A stretch of 64,000 bases of DNA from Eledone cirrhosa (lineage: Eukaryota): assembly GCA_964016885.1 (NCBI GenBank), contig OZ024764.1:27528001-27592000 (forward strand). The letters run 5' to 3'. How positions within the stretch are numbered: position 1 is the first letter of the stretch; every line of letters starts with the position of its first letter. A program made the translations under genes and the position numbers. This document shows positions 11,244-23,600 of the stretch, one piece after another. The notes under the pieces were generated by a model. That model saw nothing but the letters and a program-made list of their open reading frames with translations, made no database searches and was not told the DNA's origin.

Positions 11244-12280
11244 ATTCAAATTATCCCCTGTGGGGCGTGCACCCCACGTTGAGAATACCTCATAGATAAA
11301 TATATGTGAGTGTGTTTCTATGACTGCTATTTCTAGCAGGTTTACTGCAGTCCTGTAGACGCACAACAAAAACCGGAAGTGGCAGCCATTAAAAAACTTT
11401 GGCTTAAAATCAGGCAAAAGTTTTTTAACAATTTGCCAAGAAAGATAACTCTTGTCTTACTTAATCGCAAAAATCGAGGCAAAAATGTTGCGGGTGTGCA
11501 GTTTGTTTGGTGTATTTGACTGCTATTTCTAGCATGTATGGACACTTTAGAAATAGCAGCGAAAAACGGAAAACAGCAGAAAGAAGGACACACACCTATA
11601 TATATATATATATATACCAGCTATACACTCACCCATACATATATATATATATATACCAGCTATACACACACCCATATCTACGTATAGGTGTGTGTGCGCG
11701 CGTGTATGTATATATAAATATATATATTTAAATGTATATATCTGTGCATATATATATGTATATATGTATATATATATATATATATACAGATACATAATTA
11801 TATATATATATATACGTGTGTGACCTTCTTTCTTATGTTTCCCGTGTTTTGCTGCTATTTCTAAAGTGTCCATATATGCTAGAAATAGCAGTCAAATACA
11901 CCAAACAAACTGCACACCCGCAACATTTTTGCCTCGATTTTTGCGATTAAGTAAGACAAGAGTTATCTTTCTTGGCAAATTGTTAAAAAACTTTTGCCTG
12001 ATTTTAAGCCAAAGTTTTTTAATGGCTGCCACTTCCGGTTTTTGTTGTGCGTCTACAGGACTGCAGTAAACCTGCTAGAAATAGCAGTCATAGCAACACA
12101 CTCACATATATTTATTTATGAGGGATTCTCAACGTGGGGTGCACGCCCCACAGGGGATAATTTGAATATAATAGGGGTCAATTTGAAAGTCATATAATAC
12201 GACCCAACTCCCTGTTACACTTCGTATACACATGTTATCGTGTATCTGGCAGCACCTGCGAGAAGTTTGTTTACATTAAT
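11244..12280. mobile_element. Fold-back element 1: about 320-bp inverted arms around a (TA)n/(CA)n core
   Basis: 11244-11563 is the reverse complement of about 11850-12166. The ORF track gives mirrored peptides (11121..11417 minus and 11994..12197 plus). Confidence 0.85.
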
Positions 12281-12302
12281 AAAAACGATGATTCGTTGTC
12301 TT

Positions 12303-13353
12303 CAGTAGTTCCAAACCTTTTTTGCTCCATGCCCCACCTCAACGTTTAAAAATTAGGTTTATGTTCCCCTTTAATATAGAAATAAACCGAGTCTTGTAAA
12401 AGTGTTACTACTGTAATATAAAGTAGAAATGCTTTAATTAAACAAAGCTACGATGCCGCGATGATCAAAACAAACTTCAAAATATAAACAAACTTCTCGT
12501 AGCTGCTGCCAGATACACGATAACATGTGAACAAAGTGTAACTGGAAGTTTGGTCGTATTATATCACTTTCTAATTGGCCCCTATTAAATTCAAATTGCC
12601 CCCTGTGGGGCGTGTACCCTTCGTTGAGAATCCCTGATATATAAATATACATAAGTGTGTTGTTATGACTGCTATTTCTAGTAGGTTTCTGGCTGTCCTG
12701 TAGACGCACAACAAAAACCGGAAGTGGCAGCCATTAAAAAACTTCGGCTTAAAATCAGCCAAAAGATTTTCAATAATAGTAAAATTTTATTTTTGACAAG
12801 GACGATAACTTTTGTCTTACTTAATCGCAAAAATCGAGGCAAAAATTTTGCAGGTGTCCAGTTAACACGCTAAAATAAACCTGCTAGAAATAGCAGTCAT
12901 AGCCACTCACATATATTTATATATCATATATATATATATATATATATATATCAGCCAAACACACACACTTATATATGTACGTGTGTGTGTGTTGACCGCT
13001 ATATATATATATAGCAGCCAAACACATACACAGACACACATATATATATATATACATGTGTGTGTCCTCCTCTCGTCTATGGCTGTTATTTTTACATTGT
13101 CCTTTTTGTTATTTTTCTCGGGATTTGCCCGGATTCGAACATGCGACCACCTATTTACAATATAGAATCTTTACAGCTTTACTGACTTTTAAGTAATCCA
13201 AGTTGTAACCCCGGATTTAGGGGTGTTTAATTTATTTTGAAGTATTTTATTATTGGTCTTAGTTAGACGATCGTCCAAGACCATGCTGGGGCATATATAT
13301 ATATATGTATATATATGTGTGTGTGTGTGTGTATGCTGGGGCATATATATATA

Positions 13354-13399
<46 letters not shown>

Positions 13400-14095
13400 C
13401 TGGGGCATATATATATATGTGTGTGTGTGTATATATATATATGTGTGTGTGTGTGTGTCCTTTCTGTTATTCGCTGCTATTTCTAAAGTGTCCATATATA
13501 TATCATATATATATATATATGATATATAAATATATGTAAGTGAGTTGCTATGACTGCTATTTCTAGCAGGTTTATTTTTAGCGTGTAAACTGCACACCCT
13601 CAAAATTTTTGCCTCGATTTTTGCGATTAAGTAAGACAAAAGTTATCGTCCTTGTCAAAAATAAAATTTTACTATTATTGAAAATCTTTTGGCTGATTTT
13701 AAGCCAAAGTTTTTTAATGGCTGCCACTTCCGGTTTTTGTTGTGCGTCTACAGGACTGCAGTAAACCTGCTAGAAATAGCAGTCATAGCAACACACTCAC
13801 ATATATTTATTTATGAGGGATTCTCAACGTGGGGTGCACGCCCCACAGGGGATAATTTGAATATAATAGGGGTCAATTTGAAAGTCATATAATACGACCC
13901 AACTCCCTGTTACACTTCGTATACACATGTTATCGTGTATCTGGCAGCACCTGCGAGAAGTTTGTTTACATTTTGGGGTTTGCTTTGATGATCGCTGCAT
14001 CGCAGCTTTGTTTAAATAAAGGGTTTCTACTTTATATTACAGTAATAACACTTTTACAAGACTCGGATTGTTTTTATATTAAAGGGGACATGTTT
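12303..14095. mobile_element. Fold-back element 2 (same family, about 570-bp inverted arms, hAT-like left terminus); copy at 52860-54645, single-arm pieces at 45915-46520 and 51465-51648
   Basis: 12355-12920 is the reverse complement of 13530-14092. It starts CAGTAGTTCCAAACCTTTTT, and the 51465 piece starts CAGTGGTCGCCAAACTTTT. The core is (TA)n/(TG)n microsatellite plus a tRNA B-box-like fragment at about 13127-13150. Confidence 0.8.
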
Positions 14096-14736
14096 TTTAA
14101 ACTCTGAACTCAGCATCTTTCTGTTGTTCTCCGGGATTCTAGCAAAGTATAAAAATATATATATATATATATAGATATATATATATATATCTGGCAGTCA
14201 ACCTCAGACTCGAAAAAGCCGCCGCTAATCGTGATCGTTGGGGTTACAATTAGACTAAAGTGCTTCCACTGGGCACCATTAGCTGGTTGTGATCATTGGA
14301 GAATTCTTTCTGCGCTGAAAGAGCCTAGGACAAAAATATATATATATAGATGTCGAAACGGCAGTAGCACAGCCGTTGGGGTCCTGAATATTTTCACATC
14401 TATATATGTGTGTGTATTCTGCGACATTTATAATTACATAAGCAAGCATATTTGAATAACAAAATTTGAGGTTTAAATACTTTATTTTTTACCAATAACA
14501 TAGAGAAAGGCATGAACAACACCACATGTTAATTACTTTAATATTGAAAGTAGGCTTATAAATATTAAAAAAGCAGATTTTTGTATCTTTCATGGTGGTC
14601 TGGTGGGTGATACCAGAGATGGTGGTAGTCCTGGTTTCGGTTTCAATCCTGGTCATGGGTTACATATAAGGTCTCATTTTTTTTTTTCTTTCTTTCAGTT
14701 TTCTTCTTATCTCTAGATATAAATATATATACATAA

Positions 14737-14845
14737 GGTAATTTGGTAGAATTGTTAGAACATCAGATAGAATTCTTTGCAGTATTTTTCCTGTTCTTTA
14801 CTCTGAGTTCAACTTTACCTTTCTTCCATTCGGTGTCGATAAGTC
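14737..14845 (+). mobile_element. Diverged tRNA-derived SINE; copies at about 55272-55380 and 57778-57885
   Basis: GGTAATTTGGTAGAATTGTTAG..CTTTACTCTGAGTTCAACTTTACCTTTCTTCCATTCGGTGTCGATAA, homologous to the SINE inside the Helitron. Confidence 0.7.
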
Positions 14846-15532
14846 TTGAATATGTCTAACGTAGCAATAACTGGAGCTACTTAACCAAGTTTTCCCAACC
14901 TAGTCGATGTCACCTACTGGTTGGCGATTTAAACTGTTGGCTGGGACAATGACCAACTAATCAGTCAGATTCCAACTCACTATGTCTGGCATATATTTTA
15001 TATTTTATATTTGAATGAAGTTCTGTAAGTAACCTGGTGGCTTAGATGGCAATACTGCTCGAATAGATGGCTTCTATTATGAAGTTATAAGTTCATTCCC
15101 TATCCAGGATTGTAGAATTAATTTTATTTAGTTATTATTTAATCAATTGTTTTAACAAACAAATTCTGTCTATAAAACGCCAAATATAGTGAGTTCAAAT
15201 CTGACTGACATGCATGGTATATATTTATGTTTCATTATACAGCGACACAATACACAGGAACTTATAAAGATATGTATATATTGTCCAGGAGTTTCGAGTT
15301 TAGTGGGAATTGGTACAACTCTCAATTGGAGCTAGTCCCTGCAAGACCAGCATAAATAATGTTATACCTTTTCATGAAATCTTGCACACCCGATATTTTA
15401 TACATGATTATCTAAAGGTGAACAAAAACCAAAGAACATTGTGCAGCATTTCTCAACCTTTCTACCCATGTCGATCTCTTGAAATAGTTTTTATGTCTCA
15501 GGGAAGCCCTGCATAAAATATACTTTTTCTAT

Positions 15533-15600
15533 CTCTAGAGCAGTGGTTCCCAAATCGTGTGCTGCGAGATGAAACAAGATGAGCTGCAAAAGACTAAGAT
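15533..15600 (+). mobile_element. hAT-Charlie-type left terminus with target-site consensus; copies near 36748, 56069, 58560
   Basis: CTCTAGAG (NTCTAGAN) immediately followed by CAGTGGTTCCCAAA at 15541. Confidence 0.65.
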
Positions 15601-15659
15601 TAAGTTTTATGATGTGAAAAATATAAAACTGAAATTTCATATAAAAGTTCAAATATAGC

Positions 15660-15880
15660 TACAGCCACAAACCTAGGCTCCACACCCCGCAATGCAGAGG
15701 ATAGTAAGATAGTACCAAGGCCTGACTCACCTCTTCCACTCCATTGAGACCTCTGCCATACTTGGTCCCTGTACTGCTGATTTCCTCCATAAAGTCGGGA
15801 GGAAAGATGACAGGAGCCTCATGAGGAGGGGCGACTATTGTAGCAGGTGTCTCTGGCCTTGCTCCGAGGTAACGCTTTTA
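15660..15880 (+). pseudogene. Second CRE-like C-terminal remnant; copies at about 36875-37095, 56195-56415, 58685-58905
   Basis: Frameshifted translation ATNLGSTPRNAEDSK / YQGLTHLFHSIETSAILGPCTADFLHKVGRK / EPHEEGRLL*QVSLALLRGNAF. Confidence 0.65.
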
Positions 15881-16239
15881 CGTTTCTTCCACAGGTTGCG
15901 GCTGAGGGACCACTTAGACTGGGGTGAAGTGTTTGTCCCTCCCCCGACTTCTTACTTCTTTTTTTTTCTCCTTTTCATTTTCTTTTCTCTTCTTGCTTAT
16001 CTCTGCTATACCACGGCATCAAAAACATATATGATATATGTATGTATGGTATAGGTGTATTTATATTTAGGATAGTTATCAAAGGTAAATAGACTGGTTG
16101 GAGCAATAACAGTCTTGTTTATGTATATACATATATATATATATTTACATGTTTGTTCTTGTATTTCCATAGAAAAGGTAAAGAAAAGAAGAGTGCTCTA
16201 TGTATTGTACAGAGCTATTTAATTACATAATAAACAACA

Positions 16240-16984
16240 GAATGGAAAACATTCAGACAGAGAAGAATGGATAATGAGCGTTGTAAGAGAAATTGGCCAA
16301 CAATTAATATTAATGGAAATGTAGAAGAATTTCATATTAGTGATATGAATGTTTCGTGTGATCACTGTGGAGCTTTGAAATTTAGAAATGAAAATTGTAA
16401 CTGTTGTAATAAAGGAAAGGTTGTGTTGCCACCATTGCAAATATACCCTGAGAGACTGAGAAATCTCTTTGAAAGAGGCCAGGAAGCAGTTGATTTCACA
16501 GAAACATCTGCAATTAAAACTACATTTATTTCACTTCATTTGGTGTTACCACCCGGCAGAGGCCCGTATAGCTTTCATATTCAGGGTCAAACATATCACT
16601 ACACCCCCATCTCTGTAACCTGCAGAAAATACACCACAATATGACCAGTTATATATTATTGATGGGAACGAAGGTGTGTAGCACAGATTGGAAGTACAAC
16701 CAAATAATTGTTTCTGGCACAAGGCCAGCAATTACTGGTACTTTATTCTATCGACCTCATAAGGATGAAAACAAAGTCAACCTTGGAGGGATTTGAACCC
16801 AGAACGTAAATGGCCATAACCCTATGCTGTAAAGCATGGTGTCTGGCGCTCTACCGATACTGCCAATCCACTGCCCTAGTACCAACAAATAATGACTGCT
16901 CACCATAAAAAATGGCTATGATAAGAGAAGTGTTGCATGAACGTAATTCATATGTCGAAGTGTACAATACAATGCATGGCATCA
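16240..16984 (+). pseudogene. Helitron copy H2 (5' part), interrupted at ATGCATGGCATCA by the satellite-bearing insert
   Basis: Near-identical to 6474-7214. ORF 16267..16644. Confidence 0.9.
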
Positions 16985-17559
16985 CAAATGAATATATATA
17001 TATATATATATATATATACTACTAAAGTGTATGTAAAATTTTAAAATAAATACTTAAATTCAATTTGTATAATTACACATACAATATGTTTTGTTGTAAA
17101 ACCCTAAATAATGATTTAAGAAATGATGTCAATCTCTTTGTACAGAGAAAAACAATTTATATATATGCATTGTGTGCGCGTGTATACTCCATTTAAGACA
17201 TTGAAAAACCTAGTACCTCCTTCAAAGAATGCCAAATAGTTTATGCCTAAGGTGTAACACTAATTAAGTTACCGGTGTAGATATTTCAGTTGAACCCTGC
17301 TTCAAACATGCATATTATTATTATATATTTTCAAACACACTTACATACATTATATTTATACACATAGAAATAATAAGTTAAAACTAAAGTATAATGATAT
17401 AACAACAGTATATAATAGTTTTCTTCACTTTATTGAAATGCAATCGTTTTAAAGAAAAAACATGACAGTATAAGAAATATTTAATATGATAACATAATAT
17501 TTCAGGTAGGATGGTGGTTTCTCTATGATGGTGGTTTCTCTTTGAACTAATAATTGTTT

Positions 17560-17695
17560 CTATTTTAGGCACAAGGTCAGTAATTAACCAGTACATTACT
17601 AGTACTTTATTTTATCGACCCCGTAAGGATGAAAGGCAAAGTTGACCTCGGATCGTAAAGGGACGTAACTATGCTGGAAAGCATGGCATCAGACC
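17560..17695 (-). mobile_element. tRNA-derived SINE, truncated by satellite; more complete copy at 60600-60765
   Basis: TACTTTATTTTATCGACCCCGTAAGGATGAAAGGCAAAGTTGACCTCGG, the same family as 6941-7109. Confidence 0.8.
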
Positions 17696-20600
17696 CGAGA
17701 GACAGAGAGAGCGAGATGACACGAGACAGAGAGCGAGATGAAATGAGAGAGAGAGAGAGAGAGATGAAACGAGAGAGAGAGTGCGAGATGAAACGAGAGT
17801 GAGAGAGCGAGATGAAACGAGAGAGTGAGAGCGAGATGAAATGAGAGAGAGAGAGAACGAGATGAAATGAGAGAGAGAGAGAGCGAGATGAAATGAGACA
17901 TAGAGAGATGAAACGAGAGAGAGATGAAACGAGAAAGAGAGGAAACGAGAGAGAGGAAACGTGAGTAGAGAGCGAGATGAAACAGGAGAGAGAGAGCGAG
18001 ATGAAACGAGAGGGAGAGAGAGATGAAACGAGAGAGCGAGAGAGAGATAGAGGGAAATGAAACGACAGAGAGAGAGACAGATGAAACGAGGGATATAGAG
18101 ATGAAACGAGAGAGAGAGATGAAACGAGAGAGAGGAAGAGAGAGATAGAACGAGAGAGAGGAAGAGAGAGATGAAACGAGAGAGAAGAAGACAGAGGTGA
18201 AACGAGAGAGAGAGAGAGCGAGATGAAACGAGAGAGAGAGCGAGATGAAACGAGAGAGAGGAAGAGAGAGAGCGAGAGATGAAACTCTGTCATGGACATA
18301 TCTGACCCTGGGGCTAATAATTGTCATGTAATGTTATGGACATCTCTGCCCCTGTGGCTAATAATTCTGTCATGTAATGTTATGGACATCTCTGCCCCTG
18401 TGGCTAATAATTCTGTCATGTAATGTTATGAAAATCTCTGCCCCTGTGGCTAATAATTCTGACATGTAATGTTATGGAATCTCTGCCCCTGTGGCTAATA
18501 AATCTGTCATTTAATGTTACGGACATCTCTGCCACTGTGGCTAATAAATCTGTCATGTAATGTTATGGACATCTCTGCCCCTGTGGCTAATAATTCTGAC
18601 ATGTAATGTTATGGACATCTCTGCCCCTGTAGCTAATAATTCTGACATGTAATGTTATGGACATCTCTGCCCCTGTGGCTAATAAATTCGTCATGTAATG
18701 TTATGGACATCTCTGCCCCTGTGGCTAATAAATCTGTCATGTAATGTTATGGACATCTCTGCCCCTGTGGCTAATAATTCTGACATGTAATGTTATGGAC
18801 ATCTCTGCCCCTGTGGCTAATAATTCTGACATGTAATGTTATGGACATCTCTGCCCCTGTGGCTAATAATTCTGAGAGAGATGAAACAAGTGAGGGATTA
18901 GAGAGAGATGAAACAAGTGAGGGATTAGAGTGTTGAAACAAGAGAGAGAGAGGAAGAGAGAGTGAGAGCGAGATGAAATGAGAGAGAGAGAGCGAGATGA
19001 AATGAGAGAGAGAGAGCGAGATGAAACGAGACAGAGAGAGCGGGATGAAACGTGACAGAGAGAGCAAGAGCGAGATGAAACGAGACAGAGAGAGCGAGAT
19101 GAAACGAGAGAGAGAGAGCGAGATGAAATAAGAGAGAGAGAGCGAGATGAAATGAGAGAGAGAGAGCGAGATGAAACGAGAGAGTGAGAGCGAGATGGAA
19201 CGAGACAGAGAGAGCGAGATGAAACGAGAGTAGGAGAGCTAGATGAAACGAGAGAGAGAGGAAACGAGAGATACGAAACGAGAGAGAGGAAACGAGAGTA
19301 GAGAGCGAGATGAAACAGGAGAGAGAGAGCGAGATGAAACAGGAGAGAGAAAGCGAGATGAAACGTGAGGGAGAGAGAGATGAAACGAGAGAGCGAGAGA
19401 GAGATAGAGGGAGATGAAACGACAGAGAGAGAGACAGATGAAACGAGGGAGATAGAGATGAAACGAGAGACAGAGATGAAACGAGAGAGAGGAAGAGAGA
19501 GATGGAACGAGAGAGAGGAAGAGAGAGATGGAACGAGAGAGAGGAAGACAGAGATGAAACGAGAGAGAGAGAGAGCAAAATGAAACGAGAGAGAGGAAGA
19601 GAGAGATGGAACGAGAGAGAGGAAGAGAGAGATGGAACGAGCGAGAGGAGGACAGAGATGAAACGAGACAGAGAGAGATCGAGATGAAACGAGAGAGAGG
19701 AAGAGAGAGAGCGCAAGATGAAACGAGAGAGAGAGAGAGAGCGAGATGAAACGAGAGAGAGGAAGAGAGAGAGCGCGAGATGAAACGAGAGAGAGGAAGA
19801 GAGAGAGCGCGAGATGAAGTGAGAGAGAGAGAGCGAGATGAAATGAGAGATTGAGAGTGAGATGAAACGAGAGAGTGAGAGAGAGCGAGATGAAATGACA
19901 GAGAGAGAGCGAGATGAAATGAGAGAGAGAGAGCGAGATGAAATGAGAGAGAGAGAGCGAGATGAAACGAGACAGAGAGAGCGGGATGAAACGAGACAGA
20001 GAGATCGAGATGAAATGAGAGAGAGAGAGCGAGATGAAATGAGAGAGAGAGAGCGAGATGAAACGAGAGAGTGAGAGCGAGATGGAACGAGTCAGAGAGA
20101 GCGAGATGAAACGAGAGAGTGAGAGCTAGATGAAACGAGAGAGAGAGGAAACGAGAGAGAGAGGAAACTAGAGAGAGGAAACAAGAGAGAGGAAACGAGA
20201 GTAGAGAGCAAGATGAAACAGGAGAGAGAGAGAGCGAGATGAAACCGGAGAGAGAGAGCGAGATGAAACGAGAGGGAGGGAGAGATGAAACGAGAGAGCG
20301 AGAGAGAGATAGAGGGAGATGAAACGAGAGAGTGATAGCTAGATGAAACGAGAGAGAGAGGAATAGAGAGATGGAACGAGAGAGAGGAAGACAGATATGA
20401 AACGAGAGAGAGAGAGAGCGAGATGAAACGAGAGAGAGGAAGAGAGAGAGCGCGAGATGAAACGAGAGAGAGAGAGCGAGATGAAACGAGAGAGAGAGAG
20501 CGAGATGAAACGAGAGAGAGAGAGCGAGATGAAACGAGAGAGAGGAAGAGAGAGAGCGCAAGATGAAAGTCTGTCATGTAATGTTATGGACATATCTGCC

Positions 20601-23600
20601 CTTGGGGCTAATAATTGTCATGTAATGTTATGGACATATCTACCCTTGGGGCTAATAATTGTCATGTAATGTTATGTACATCTCTGCCCCTGTGGCAAAT
20701 AATTCTGTCATGTAATGTTATGGACATCTCTGTCCCTGTGGCTAATAATTATGTCATGTAATGTTATGGACATCTCTGCCCCTGTGGCTAATAATTCTGT
20801 CATGTAATGTTATGGACATCTCTGCCCCTGTGGCTAATAAATTTGTCATGTAATGTTATGGACATCTCTGCCCCTGTGGCTAATAAATCTGTCATGTAAT
20901 GTTATGGACATCTCTGCCCCTGTGGCTAATAATTCTGACATGTAATGTTATGGATATCTCTGCCCCTGTGGCTAATAATTCTGAGAGAGATGAAACAAGT
21001 GAGGGATAAGAGAGAGATGAAACAAGTGAGGGATTAGAGTGTTGAAACAAGAGAGAGAGAGGAAGAGAGAGTGAGAGCGAGATCAAACGAGAGAGAGAGA
21101 GCGAGATGAAATGAGAGAGTGAGAGCGAGATGAAACGAGAGAGAGAGAGCGAGATGAAATGAGAGAGAGAGAGCGAGATGAAATGAGAGAGAGAGAGCGA
21201 GATGAAACGAGACAGAGAGAGCGAGGTGAAACGAGAGAGAGAGAGAGCGAAATGAAACGAGACAGATTAGAGCGAGATGAAACGAGAGAGAGAGAGCGAG
21301 ATGAAATGAGAGAGAGAGAGCGAGATGAAACGATAGAGTGAGAGCTAGAGGAAACGATAGAGAGAGGAAACGAGAGAGAGAGGAAACGAGAGAGAGGATA
21401 CGAGAGAGAGGAAACGAGAGTAGAGAGCGAGATGAAACAGGAGAGAGAGAGCGAGATGAAACAGGAGAGAGAGAGCGAGATGAAACGAGAGGGAGAGAGA
21501 GATGAAACGAGAGAGCGAGAGAGAGATAGAGGGAGATGAAACGACAGAGAGAGAGACAGATGAAACAAGTGAGGGATAAGAGAGAGATGAAACAAGTGAG
21601 GGATTAGAGTGTTGAAACAAGAGAGAGAGAGGAAGAGAGAGTGAGAGCGAGATCAAACGAGAGAGAGAGAGCGAGATGAAATGAGAGAGTGAGAGCGAGA
21701 TGAAACGAGAGAGAGAGAGCGAGATGAAATGAGAGAGCGAGAGCGAGATGAAATGAGAGAGAGAGAGCGAGATGAAACGAGACAGAGAGAGCGAGATGAA
21801 ACGAGAGAGAGAGAGAGCGAAATGAAACGAGACAGATTAGAGCGAGATGAAACGAGAGAGAGAGAGCGAGATGAAATGAGAGAGAGAGAGCGAGATGAAA
21901 CGAGAGAGTGAGAGCTAGAGGAAACGAGAGAGAGAGGAAACGAGAGTAGAGAGCGAGATGAAACAGGAGAGAGAGAGCGAGATGAAACAGGAGAGAGAGA
22001 GCGAGATGAAACAGGAGAGAGAGAGCGAGATGAAACAGGAGAGAGAGAGCGAGATGAAACGAGAGGGAGAGAGAGATGAAACGAGTGAGCGAGAGAGAGA
22101 TAGAGGGAGATGAAACGACAGAGAGAGAGACAGATGAAACGAGGGAGATAGAGATGAAACGAGAGAGAGAGATGAAACGAGAGAGAGGAAGAGAGAGATG
22201 GAACGAGAGAGAGGAAGAGAGAGATGGAACGAGAGAGAGGAAGACAGAGATGAAACGAGAGAGAGAGAGAGCGAGATGAAACGAGAGAGAGGAAGAGAGA
22301 GAACGCGAGATGAAACGAGAGAGAGAGAGAGCAAGATGAAACGAGAGAGAGGAAGAGAGAGAGCGCAAGATGAAACGAGAGAGAGAGAGCGCGAGATGAA
22401 AGTCTGTCATGTAATGTTATGGACACATCTGCCCTTGGGGCTAATAATTGTCATGTAATGTTATGGAAATCTCTGCCCCTGTGGCTAATAATTCTGTCAT
22501 GTAATGTTATGGGCATCTCTGCCCCTGTGGCTAATAATTCTGTCATGTAATGTTATGGACATCTCTGCCCCTGTGGCTAATAAATCTGTCATGTAATGTT
22601 ATGGACATCTCTGCCCCTGTGGCTAATAATTCTGACATGTAATGTTATGGACATCTCTGCCCCTGTGGCTAATAAATATGACATGTAATGTTATGGACAT
22701 CTCTGCCCCTGTGGCTAATAATTCTGTCATGTAATGTTATGGACATCTCTGCCCCTGTGGCTAATAAATTTGTCATGTAATGTTATGGACATCTCTGCCC
22801 CTGTGGCTAATAAATCTGTCATGTAATGTTATGGACATCTCTGCCCCTGTGGCTAATAATTCTGACATGTAATGTTATGGATATCTCTGCCCCTGTGGCT
22901 AATAATTCTGAGAGAGATGAAACAAGTGAGGGATAAGAGAGAGATGAAACAAGTGAGGGATTAGAGTGTTGAAACAAGAGAGAGAGAGGAAGAGAGAGTG
23001 AGAGCGAGATCAAACGAGAGAGAGAGAGCGAGATGAAATGAGAGAGTGAGAGCGAGATGAAACGAGAGAGAGAGAGCGAGATGAAATGAGAGAGAGAGAG
23101 CGAGATGAAATGAGAGAGAGAGAGCGAGATGAAACGAGACAGAGAGAGCGAGGTGAAACGAGAGAGAGAGAGAGCGAAATGAAACGAGACAGATTAGAGC
23201 GAGATGAAACGAGAGAGAGAGAGCGAGATGAAATGAGAGAGAGAGAGCGAGATGAAACGATAGAGTGAGAGCTAGAGGAAACGATAGAGAGAGGAAACGA
23301 GAGAGAGAGGAAACGAGAGAGAGGATACGAGAGAGAGGAAACGAGAGTAGAGAGCGAGATGAAACAGGAGAGAGAGAGCGAGATGAAACAGGAGAGAGAG
23401 AGCGAGATGAAACGAGAGGGAGAGAGAGATGAAACGAGAGAGCGAGAGAGAGATAGAGGGAGATGAAACGACAGAGAGAGAGACAGATGAAACAAGTGAG
23501 GGATAAGAGAGAGATGAAACAAGTGAGGGATTAGAGTGTTGAAACAAGAGAGAGAGAGGAAGAGAGAGTGAGAGCGAGATCAAACGAGAGAGAGAGAGCG

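Noticed and set aside
13253-13639. YI/CV-rich ORFs (also near 11500, 45690, 52610, 53740)
   Set aside because: Translations of (TA)n/(TG)n/(GA)n microsatellites.
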